From the NCBI GenBank assembly GCA_030704615.1, contig CM060732.1, positions 8,370,001 to 8,434,000 of the forward strand: DNA of 64,000 bases. The letters are read 5' to 3'. The stretch comes from Takakia lepidozioides (Eukaryota; Plantae; Bryophyta). Position numbers and translations under genes: made by a program. Positions 52,713 to 64,000 of the stretch are shown here, piece after piece. The notes below the pieces were generated by a model, which was given only the letters and a program-made list of their open reading frames with translations, was not told the origin of the DNA and made no database searches. Positions within the stretch are counted from its first letter, which is position 1; the number at the start of each line of letters is the position of its first letter.

Positions 52713-55692
52713 GGGAGATGGTGCGGGTTTTGCGCCACTTACAGCTTCATCAAGCTGTATCTCCAGCATACATCTTGGAGAATGTGTCACTGTTGGGATT
52801 CTCGGGCCAGGGTGATGGCCAGGGTGCATCAAGTCCAGTCATGGCTTGGGTCAGCAGTGTTGCTGAATGCAGCTGCAGTTGGGTCACGGGTTCATCGTCC
52901 ACGGTTATGGTGGATTAACTTGATGTCACCTACACTGCTCAAGCGTGCATTTGATGGGGTGCAGCGGCCAACGATGACCGTTCTCCTTTGGCAGTGGTCA
53001 ACAAGGTGGGTCAATCACGAACAGCACTACCTACACTGCTCAGCTTTCCTGGATCACATACTTTTCGGGATAGTGGACTTGGCCTCTTGTGGGATGCTCA
53101 GTTGCAGCAGTTAGTGGGGCCTAATGGCGATGAGCGCGAGCGGGCTATGGGTTTTTTCACTGGGACCACGGCGGTGCCTTATCTTTCTGAGGCATCACGT
53201 CGTCAGGTGTTGGGGCAAGCAATGGATCTCAATTGGATTATCAGCTTGGCTATGGCTGAGCAGCCCAGAGTGCGGAGTACACTTCCCTCGATAATCTCTC
53301 TGCCTACCGAGATGATACAGGCAGCGAGTGGGGGCAAGCAGGTGAGGACCACGGGGTGCAGACATCCATGGCCCATGTGGGAGGTGCTCAAGGTTCAGAG
53401 GGAGTTGGCAGCCAAGGCGGCGGTGATGGATGAGGTTGGGGATTCGCCTCGGGTTGAGGAGGTCCTCAAGGATGAGATGATAGGGCAGGATGAGACATTG
53501 TCCCTGACTGAGCAAGCAGGGAGTACTGCTCAAGAGGTTGCGGCATAGCAACCACGGGACGCGTCTCTTACCTCTAAGTCTGCTGGACTTAAGGTTGCAG
53601 TTACAGAGGACAATTGGGAGCCTGACATTGGACCCATTGTCACTGGAGGAGAGAGACGACGTATACGGCGCTTCCTACAAAACCAAAGGGGGCAGGTATT
53701 GGGACTTAGGTAATGAAGTCTGGCAGGGGTTTACCACCTGGTATTTCTCACACGCTGAGACTGCCTCCCTGTGTCCAAAATGCTATCCAGGAAGCGCCGT
53801 ATACGTCGTCTCTCTCCTCCAGTGACAAGGATTTGGGAGCACTGAAGGGTCAGGAAATTCGTATTGAGTTGGCTGCTGACACGTCAATCTTTCGGAGACC
53901 CTATAGATATAGTGACATGGAGAGGTCTTTGATTCAAATGATGACTCAAGATCTCTGGGAGGCTGGTTTGGTGGAGCTCTCTGGTAAAGAGTATGCTTCA
54001 GCCACAGTGATGCGAGCCAAAAAGGATGTCTATGGCAATTGGACGGAGAGACGTATGTGCGGTGATTACCGGCCTGTAAATCGTCAGACCAAGTCCGATA
54101 AGTATGTCATGCCCACACTTGAGGAGATCTTTGATGCCATTGGGCATGCCAAGGTTTTTAGCACTTTGGACTTGGATGGATTGAGTCGCAATCCATGCAT
54201 GAGCCAGCAGGATGACACTAGAGCTCGGTGGCATGATGAGACGGATGAGGAGATAGTGCCCAGATGGCATGCATCTGTTTTTTTGTGTATCTTGGCATTG
54301 AGAGGTCAGGTTGGACCTACAACAGGGATGACTTTAGTCGGAGTGTCTGAGGACCCTGAGGCTGGTGATGAGCCAGGTGATGCCAGAGATATACATGAGG
54401 ATTTGGCTGTGTTAGACTATCTCCGTACGGGAGACACTGCAGCCACTGTGACTGCTAGGGAGAGGGATAGGATCCTACAACGAGCCAAGAGGTTCAAGTG
54501 GGAAGGGATACACCTGCTCCGATGGTCGGGTGAGGATTGTGTCTCACCCCACACAGCGTGCACGGTTAGTGCGACATGCCCATGAGGAGTTGGGGCATTT
54601 TGGAGTGCAACGCACTCACAGTCTACTGCAGGGGCAGTATTGGTGGCGTGATATGCACAGCGAGGTGCAAGTTGCAACAGTTTGTGGCTAGGTGCATGGT
54701 GTGTGACAGGGTGCGTGCTTCATTCAACGGCCCTACACCACAGTTGCATCCTTTACCCACCATGGGATTCGGCTACAGGTGGAGTCTTGACTTTGCAAGG
54801 CCGTTGTCACTGACGATACGTCACCACAGATCTATGTTGGTGATGGTGGAGCACTTCTCCAAGTGGATTGAGTTGGTTCTGTTGCCTGACAAGGCTAGTG
54901 AGGGGGCTGTGTATGCATTATTGGATCGTGTGCTTAGCCGATTCGGTGCTCCAGCTGAGGTACTCACGGACCAAGGGAGAGAGTGGCTAGTGGCAGTCTA
55001 GTGGTGGACTAGTGGCTACACTAGTGGTGGCTAGTGGCAGTCTAGTGGTGGACTAGTGGCTGTACTAGTGGTTGACTAGAGGCAGCCTAGTGGTGCACTA
55101 GTGGTGGACTAGTGATAGACTAGTGTTTGGTGTGCACGTGTGTTGTGTGGTTTTGGACAGCGATGTAGTTGTGTAGCGATGTGTATGCGCACGACAGCTG
55201 TCAAGTTATTTTACCACTAGTGTGAAGTTAGCTAGAAAATAGCTAGCTTTTATATATTGATATTTGGGATTGATCCAAGTGTCAATCCAGGGACCAATAT
55301 ATGTTTGGGCACCTGGCGTGGTTATCTTCACGGTAGATCGTGGTGGGCCCATATTTCTCGAGTTGAGCCTCACCGCGTCTAGCTATGGCGCCGTAGTGTG
55401 GATTCCCCATGGCATGGGGTGCACTTGGCTCGACTTGTATTTGAGTGATGATTCTATACATGCGTGAGTTTATGCTTCAGCTTTATGAGCTCGCATGAGC
55501 TTGTGTGTATTCTTCTTTGTTTATCATTGTGATGGACTAGTGACAGCCTAGTGGTTGACTAGTGGCTAGACTAGTGGCAGCCTAGTGATTGACTAGTGGC
55601 TGCACTAGTGGTGGACTAGTGTTTGATGTGCACATGTGTTGTGTGGTTTTGGACAGCAATGTAGTTGTGGAGCGATGTGTATGCGCACGACA
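52713..55692 (+). mobile_element. Rearranged, deleted second copy of the DNMT-encoding gypsy element (DNMT C-half, partial RT, partial IN, same repeat-spacer-repeat end)
   Basis: Colinear with 39574-42755 apart from deletions. Terminal units ~54984-55196 and 55528-55692. Confidence 0.92.
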
Positions 55693-57900
55693 AAAAAACC
55701 CGTTGTCTTTGAAGAGTACCCCCTCGTCCATGAGTGCCAGAATATTTGTGTTGGGAGTGAGATCTTCTCTTAGACCAGGGAAAGCTTCCGCATATGCTCC
55801 CTAGGTGACCGCTGAGAGGGCTTGAAGAGAGTAAAACGGGAGGTTGGAGGGGAGATAATCCTGAATCTTCGTACAAAGCGTCAGTATTGGGCTGTTATCC
55901 ATAGGGGGTTTTTCCATAAATGAGTGCACATCCTGAACCGTGATACAAATTGAATCCAGGTGCATGTTGTCCTTTGCGGTGACCAGGAAAGCAGGCCGGG
56001 GTGTTCTTTTGAAGACCATTGGAGTGACACAAGCAGCGACTGGAGCCTCAGAGGATTTGAGTTGCGAGCAGCCTCTGAGAGCCAGAGTTCGGAATGATTG
56101 CAGCTTTGTGCAGATCTTTGCAATTACTGGGTTGTAAGCGATGGCAGCAGGGCGAGGGAGAGGCCGGGGGGATCCACCAGTGGTCTCTTCAAAATGCTAG
56201 AGCTTGAGGCTACAGACTTCCTTTTGATGGCTGCCGCTTCGATCTCCCATCCGATTATACGGTGTTCTCCAGGGTGGGGGTTTGATGTCGGAGAAGAGTT
56301 GTGAATAAGGGGAGCAATACCAGCCTCCAAGTGGGTGAAACCAGCCCTTTTCCTTTTTAGCTTTGGGGCAATCTGCCTTGAGGTGCCCAGTTAGACCACA
56401 GTAATAACAAGCTGAGGATGATGTATCTTCAGACACTTTAACAGAGAAAAAGTTACCCTGATCATCTATTGGAAGTCTAATGAATTATGGCAGAATTGTG
56501 TCATTAGGCATCATAACCATGATCTTTGCAAATCCATTTTCATGAAGCCTTGATGCAATGGTCATACCTTTCCATGCTGGGTCCTTCCTCAATTCCTCCG
56601 TGCACATGCTGGGATCAAACACCGCCAAGCAACCCAAAAATGAACCGAAGAAATTGCCAATATCTGGAAGGAAGTGGAGATATTGGTCTGGGATATAAGG
56701 AAGAGAGATGATCCTAGGACTCCCATACTTTACCATTCATGTTTCCCATATTCTTGGACCAAGGAATATGTTTACGTTAAACCCATGCAAGTGAGGATTG
56801 AAGGAGAGGGCTGTACTCGCTGCCTCTTTGGATTCCATCCAATAGAGAGAAGCCCTTCCTCTTGCTTGACAAAAGTGATGGTGCAGGTCACCTGAACCAC
56901 CTAGGTGCCTGACGGCCCAGTCTCTCATGAAGGCTCTGCCAACCTTTTTTCCCGGGAAGTGCAGGATGATCCCCCTGCTCTCATTTCCGCAACCCGACTT
57001 TCAAGGTGGGTGGTTTTGATGTTGACAAGCGGGTGGTCCTCGCTCATGTTGTCCTGCAGAGCATCAGTCTCAACAGACGACCCATCCGAGAGATCAGTGT
57101 CCTGACTAGGAGGAGATCGTGGTGACTCGTCTACACTCACCGGCATCAGTATTGAGGGCCCCTGGGAAATCTCCACTGTGCTGGGAATTGGTGGGCGGGA
57201 CGACGAGGAGGGGTCCATGACACTGAGACCTCTGGATTGCGCTTGATGCGCCATGAAGAATCCCGTTCCAGTGGAGGGCTACAAGCGCCGAGGAACTCCG
57301 AATCTAGTGGGACCTGATCTAGATGGAGCAGGTTTGAAGGCTTTATTGAGAAGAGGACCCATCGTTGGAGAGTGGAGATTGCAGCTTGTAGTACGCGGGA
57401 GATCACGTAGCTTGAGAAAGGTGAAAGAGAAGTGCTAAGTAGATCGAGATGGCAGGGAGTGAAGACTTACGGGAGCTGGCGGGCAAGGGGCCTGCACTCT
57501 TCAAAAGGAGAGAAGCACGGGCCGGAAGGAGAGGTTGAGGCTGGATGATCAGTTGAAGCAGGGACGCGACGTGAGGGGGACCTAGAGGGAAGTTAGTGAA
57601 GGTGATGGCTGCTTGGTGGCTGAGGCCAAAGTTTGTCGGTGATCATTACTCAAATGGAAGAATGAGGGGGATGATTGGTTGGGGCGGGGTTTAATGAATG
57701 AAAGTCGAGGATGGCACAGTTTGAAGGCGGCTTGGCATTAAGGGAGATTGATGAGGACTTACCATCGGTACAGATTTCAAGCATGCCGAAGGGATGAAGA
57801 TGGCAAGTTCATCAGGGGATGAAGCCAAAACATGAGGCTTGAAAATGACGTTCCGAGAGAAAATAGGGCGATGATGCAGGATTAAAATGATGCTTGGGGT
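55693..57900 (-). mobile_element. Degenerate LINE ORF1-like region with zinc knuckle
   Basis: LPYIPDQY...IGNFFG... followed by CYYCGLTGHLKADCP. Stops and frameshifts are present. Confidence 0.65.
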
Positions 57901-58437
57901 ACGGGGGCTTGCTCCGAGGACAGATTGATGATGCCCCGAGATTGGGCTACAGGATGATAGAGACAAAGCGAGAGAAGCACCATAGATAGGCGTTCTCTCT
58001 CACCCCGTAGAACGCGGAGCTCTACCTCCGCCTCCATCCCCCACCTTCTTTCATTAGAATATCATTCATATTTTCCAATCTGAAAGAGTAATATTTCTGT
58101 ATATATGAATTTGTTACGTTCCATCAATATAGTTGGTTCACGAACCAATAACCATCACGTCATGTATATAATTCACCTACACCTTATTCACCGATACAAT
58201 TTGAATAAAAGCTCAAAAGGCAACCCCCCCAAAAAAAGAAGAAAAAATATCTACACTATTAACTAGTGAAGGTACATCTTCTACATTTTGGTGTTTTCTG
58301 GTGTAGGTACATCAGGATCTTCGCCCTTTTCAGCACTGATGCGTGGTCTCCCTTTAGGGAGCCAATAAACTTACTAGTAAACAACGAGGCATAAGCGCAG
58401 CGGGCGAGGAGAGAGCTACGGGTCGGGGTAGTGGGCG

Positions 58438-61383
58438 ATGGCTGCCGCGAGGGCCATGGCCTGCCAGTGCCTGTCCCATCCTTGTGACTACCGTTGCGCT
58501 CCCGGAGGATTGCTTACTGTTTTAGAGCACTGCCTGCAATTTTTAATTCTACCAGGAGTTCTCATTGTAGTCCACGAAATTGTTCAACTGTGGGTTTGAT
58601 CAGACCGTGCAGCTATGGCGGAGTTCGGAGCTCCCGTGTTGATGTATTCGAGGACAGTTGTAGCTTCCAGGATAGATGTAGTTCGCATTCGGGTTTCTCA
58701 GGTAGAGCTTGTTTCCCCAGCGGAAGGAATAGAAGCCTGTCAGATTTGGTCCTGGCTAGGGCACAAGTGTCTGTGGAAGAGAGAGACGCTGCGGTACAAA
58801 GTGGCACTCGTAATGTAGTAGATGTTCTTGAGGAAAGGGGATTGATTGAGTCGATTACTGGCGAGGAGCTTCGAGCCACATGTATGAAGCAGCCGTTGAA
58901 AGTATACTGCGGATTTGACCCCACGGCAGAATCTCTACACCTTGGAAATCTGTTGGGGATTATTGTTCTTTCATGGTTTCAGAGGTGATTCACCTCTATC
59001 GCAAATTTTTCTAAATATTCGTGGAATTTGTAAAGTTAGCAGCGTATTTTATTTGTCAGATCTACGGTTAGGCCAAAGGGTTGATTCGAAGACTTTTAAG
59101 CCACACCTGCTCCAGTAGGCAAGTTTATACTCTCTGAGTAGCGCAATGAAGTGAAGGATTTATAGCGGGAATGGGAAAAGGTGATCCAACAACGACGATT
59201 GGCATGTGAACAAATGTGGAGCAATTCCATCTGACAAATTAAATAGGATGCCATTGTTTCATATTCTCCAAGAATTCTCTTGGAGCATCGTACAGTAGAA
59301 ATCTTAATGTGAACATCTGAGACATCTCGAAGTAACTTTGAGGAAGTTGTGCTTTAGGTGTGGCCATGTTCCAGTCGCTTTGCTGGGAGGTGCTACCGCG
59401 AGAGTTGGTGATCCTTCGGGAAAGAGCAATGAAAGACCAGTAATGGATGATGAAACAATTTGCAGGAATTTGAAGGGCATTCGAGGGATTCTTGCTCAGA
59501 TCTTGAAGGTGGGTGCCTAGATTCTAACTTCATGTGAAATGTGTATCTGGATTCAAGAAACAGTGAGAGGATTTTATGACACTCAGGGAGGCCCTGGGGC
59601 CCGAAGGACACAATTAGAACGAGATATTTTATGCCGGTCTGTTTCTCTGTCAAGTCTCATTGAGGTTCATTTCACCTCAAACATGATGTGGTATCAGGTG
59701 GAAGATGTGGCTCCAGAAGAAATCGCGAATAAGAAAGAAGCCATCTCAGGCAAGAAGGAAGCCATAGAGAATGCATCTTCAGTGATAGAAACATCAGAGC
59801 TCATGGATAGAGATTGGGAGGCCAAGGAAAGGCACACTCCCATTATACTCAACAATTATGATTGGTGGAAGGATTTCAGTCTCTTGGACTTCTTGAGAGA
59901 TGTAGGGAAGTATGCAAGAGTGGGAACAATGATGGCAAAGGAGAGCGTGAAGAAACGATTGAACTCAGAGGAAGGCATGAGCTACACAGAGTTCACATAC
60001 CAACTGCTTCAGGGTTATGACTTTATCCATCTGTTCAAGGTATGGGGTTTAGGGTTTAAGGACACACCTCTACCTCATCTAAATTTGTTTGTCACTATTT
60101 TTCCAAAATCATTGTGGCATCTCCTTCCTCTCTCTCTGGTGTTCGCAACATTATAAGGTTCCTTTCTGGCTTTCTTACTCACTTTCTCTCTCAGCTGAGC
60201 TTGGTCTTAAGAAATTACATTCTCGTCCATCTCATCTCCTCCAGCCCTCAAGTATCATCCGAGGAAAATCTTAATGAGGGTGTTGGTGACTTTGTGCAAG
60301 TGGTATAACCTTTTCAGACTGGCTGAGTTTCATATATTATGGGCAAAACTTCACCCTATCTCTGAGTGGGTTAGTGTCCCACAAACATTCACAGCGAAAG
60401 GTCAATGTCTGGATTTGTAATGAGAGAGCACATGGGACACATGCGTTTGATTTGTCCAGATCTGTGTGCACAACTGTTGTTTCAGGAAGAGGGGGTGTCA
60501 GTACAAATAGGCGGGAGTGACCAATGGGGAAATATCACAGCAGGTACCGATTTAATACGGAGAGTGCTGCAGCAAGAAGGGGCCTATGGGCTGACATTCC
60601 CTCTCTTGCTAAAGAGCGATGGTAGCAAATTTGGAAAATCTGAGGGTGGGGCAATATGGCTATCAACCTTGCTCCTGTCCCCGTACAAATTTTACCAACA
60701 TCTGTTTGCAACACCTGATTCGGATGTTATAAGGTTCATGAAAATGCTTACTTTTGTTGACCTTGAAGAGATTCAAACCTTAGAACAAAGCATGGGTAAA
60801 GCCGGATATGTTGCAAATTCAATTCAGAAAAGGTTGGCCGAAGAGGTCACCCGTTTTGTTCATGGAGATCAGGGCTTGGCCGAGGCTGTGAAGGCCACCC
60901 AGGCATTGGCTCCTGGAGCATCCACCCGACTTGACTGGACAGCACTTGAAGCCATAGCTGAAGATGTACCATCATGTTCTCTTTCTCAATCTTCTGTCTT
61001 AAATTCCTCTTTGGTGGATTTGTGTGTAAGCTCTGGACTTCTTCCAAGCAAAGCTGGCGTACGGCGACTGATCAAGCAGGTATGCAAGTCATCCTAAGTG
61101 TACTGTGTTTCAATCGATACATTCATAAGTTTCAAATTCATTATAATAACTTAGCAGGTTTCTTCTCAAGGGCTCTGTTACTTGTCTGCTTGTCCTACTT
61201 GGACATCTTATGCCAAGAACTTTCATGGAATTTCACTGTTGATTTGGACAGGGTGGACTCTACCTAAACAATGAAAAGGTCGAAGACGAAGGGAAGTCTG
61301 TGGTGGCAGATGATATTGTCGATGGGAAGATGCTGCTATTATCTGTAGGCAAGAAGAACAAACTGGTGGTTCGCGTAGTATGA
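58438..61383 (+). CDS. TyrRS: Organellar (plastid/mitochondrial) tyrosyl-tRNA synthetase; exons ~58438/58494-58984, 59358-59508, 59698-60039, 60486-61079, 61252-61383
   Basis: [15 protein letters not shown] (HIGH), [36 protein letters not shown] (KMSKS) and an S4-like C-terminus ...LSVGKKN. The GT-AG junctions are in frame; the start region is uncertain. Confidence 0.95.
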
Positions 61384-62886
61384 TTTCAGTAAGTCACAAA
61401 CCCACTTCCCCGTTTCTTCGCCTGATAAGCACTATTCTTACCAAATGGTTTCATCCCCTAAAAAATCTCTCTCAAATGGGGTCATGGATGTAAACCATGA
61501 TCAACTCTGCTGGATTAGTTCACAGACTCACTCGGTGTTCCTTTGACACATACCATACACTGATTTGAATATCAGACCCTGAACCAGTTTCAACCATGAT
61601 GCAGCTGGAGGTGACTTGTTCCACTTGGTAACTAGGAATTGAAGGAATATGTGCCCACTTTCCAGCAAAAAACCGAAATACCCCACTAACTAATGAGCCA
61701 ACTGACTGTATTCCTGGGTTAAGCAATGTTGGGCGGTAAGCATAGACTACAGACAGGGATGTCAACCATTTTGCACATCATCCTTGACTCATAGAAACTT
61801 CTGCTGAAGATGGGGAAAGTCTTCCTTGTCCTCACCAATGGATTCTATCCCAATCTCAGATCCACCCAAATATCTACATAACAGCGACCACAGATCAATC
61901 GATAGTGGGTTACGATTCATGGCAGATAGTTTCTCGGGGGTGCTTTCGCTATGTTCGAAGGACCAAGTGACAATCCTATTGTATTCAGCCAACCCTGCAT
62001 CCATCTGTCAGTGGTCTTCACCTTCCAAGAATTTCAACTCGACGCGGGTCTTTTTTTTATCAAACCCACCCTGCCATGGCTGGCTTATAAATTCTTTTAA
62101 GTCTCTTTCTTGGAGCTCGTGTCGCACAATATAGAGATTAGATCATACGAAGAGAATATTTTGATCGACTGATGTGTGAGGATCTAACGGTTGAAGACTA
62201 AGTATGCCCTTTGCCAAATTCGCACAAGTCCTAGGACATATATTGCGTGCAGCAGAGCGCTGATGAAGGATTTGGAGAGCTATGAACAGGTGGTGCAGGA
62301 AGGGATGAAGACCAAATCGTTTTCCATGTATAGAGGAGTCCGCTCTTGCTTTTTTTTCTTGCATCAAGGTTTCAAATACGGAGATAGGGTTATCATGGAT
62401 GATGTGTGCCTCTTCCTGAAGAGGGTTTTACAAGAGGTTGGTTTTTCCATGAGTAGTGAGCGGTGAACAAAGGAATATTTGGAGGAGTATTCCTTACAAA
62501 AAAAGAAAATTATTCACAAACGAACCTGTGCCGAAATAAAACCCAAAGCTACATAGCGGGCTCGGACCACTACCAAGCCTACATCAGTGTTCAGCGACGA
62601 ACGGTGCGGGCACTTATGTTTCAAGAAAAATAATAAAAATAATAAAAAACCCTTTTGCACGTGTTAGGTCGAGTTTGGCCGAACCTTAACCCTTTTAGGC
62701 GTTTCAAGTTTGTGGTTATTTGCACTGTAAAAAGTACCTAATGTAGTTATCCAATAAAAATCTCATTTTTTTTCAGGTCAATGTCATCGATGTGTTTTAC
62801 ATCTACAATATCAACCAACTTTCAAAATCTCAAGACAGAGCCGAAAGCCCTGGCCTTATTCGGGTCTAATCTCTGGGCAAAAGAGC

Positions 62887-62912
62887 AGAGAGAGAGAGAG
62901 AGAGAGAGAGAG
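62887..62912. repeat. (AG)n microsatellite
   Basis: agagag run. Confidence 0.9.
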
Positions 62913-63534
62913 GGGTGAGGAAGATGTGGAGACAAGGAAAGCAGAATGTTGAAATTGAAAGGGTCACAAGCAAATGTGGTGGTGTTCACTGTCTGTTTGA
63001 GTCTAATTTTGGCATCCTTGGGTTTTGTTGCGACAGTGAAGCGTACCAAGGTAGGATTGTACTTAACCTCCTCTCGCTGTGTTTGGGAGTTGTTCATTGC
63101 AACCCCTTCTGCTCCATCACCCACATTTGTCTGGAAAGTTGTTACATTAGATGGGCATCCAGCAAAGAGGACCTATTGTAATTTGTGGGCCCAATGCTGG
63201 TGAGATTCATTCTCGTTATTGTTTTGATGAGGTTGTTCAAGCAGCCAACACCCTGCAATCATTCTCATTGTTGCATCGTACACCAATCGGCTTGGATTCA
63301 CTCCCAATTGTCCATCACTCACCTTGTATTTAAGCAATTCCATTAACATTTGCTTTCAGGATTGAGGGTCTAATGTTGGTCCAGTCTGTTAGACTACCCA
63401 CAGGATCTGTCTTTTGGTATGTAGCAACCCAAGGCTCGATGGATGTAGCATGCAAGGTATGAAAGTAAAGTTTGGGCCCAGTCAAGCAATGGCATGGATG
63501 CCCTTAATATTAGTCCATCCATGCAAAGATTGAT

Positions 63535-63690
63535 ATTTGCTGAAAAACTAGCTGAAACATTAAAATACTTGCTGAAAAACTGGCTGAATTATAGAAATAC
63601 TTGCTGAAAAACTGGCTGAAATATTGAAATACTTGCTAAAATTCTTGATTGAAATACTGAAACACTGAAATTTTGATGTACTGAAATTAT
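63535..63690. repeat. Minisatellite, ~32-bp units
   Basis: ttgctgaaaaact(a/g)gctgaa...aaatac repeated 3-4 times. Confidence 0.8.
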
Positions 63691-64000
63691 GTAGGCATTT
63701 GAATATGCTGTGATTTAAAGTCTGTACCCTATATCTAACCAACAAAACCACAACACTCCAATAGTTGATCTTACCAGCTATTCTTCTTAGAGATTGCATT
63801 GCCCCCAAAGCTAAAAGTGAAATCAAATGGACGAGACAATGATGAATCAATTATCTTCTCTATTGGTCTGGACTTATCCTCCTCTGATTCGTCTACCAAT
63901 ACAAGTCTTGTGCAGAAATTTTTAGTTAAGTTTTATTCTTAAGACTTTTTAGTGTATTATCGGCTGATATACTTTGTAATACCATCTATACAATCGTGAT

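Noticed and set aside
61750-63500. Additional host gene on the minus strand
   Set aside because: Short interrupted ORFs with no recognisable motif, possibly LINE remnants. No call can be supported.

Overview
Repeat-rich land-plant nuclear DNA. An ALOG gene, PLS-type PPR repeats and TTTAGGG motifs are present; a non-seed plant is plausible but not proven. Three host genes are supported: the 5' part of mitochondrial ATP synthase OSCP (minus strand, running off the left edge), an ALOG/LSH transcription factor with an intronless CDS, and an organellar tyrosyl-tRNA synthetase. Between them lie hAT, Tourist, CACTA and MULE-like MITEs, LINE fragments, a PPR pseudogene and several Ty3/gypsy elements. 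The main finding is a Ty3/gypsy retrotransposon (~36.5-44.6 kb, with a rearranged second copy at 52.7-55.7 kb) whose polyprotein reads Gag - protease - DNMT3-like cytosine methyltransferase - RT - RNase H - integrase - PHD finger. In both copies an in-frame UAG in the readthrough context UAG-CAA-CCA (CAR-YYA) separates the methyltransferase from RT. Both copies end in an unusual repeat-spacer-repeat 3' terminus, and no conventional 5' LTR is visible.
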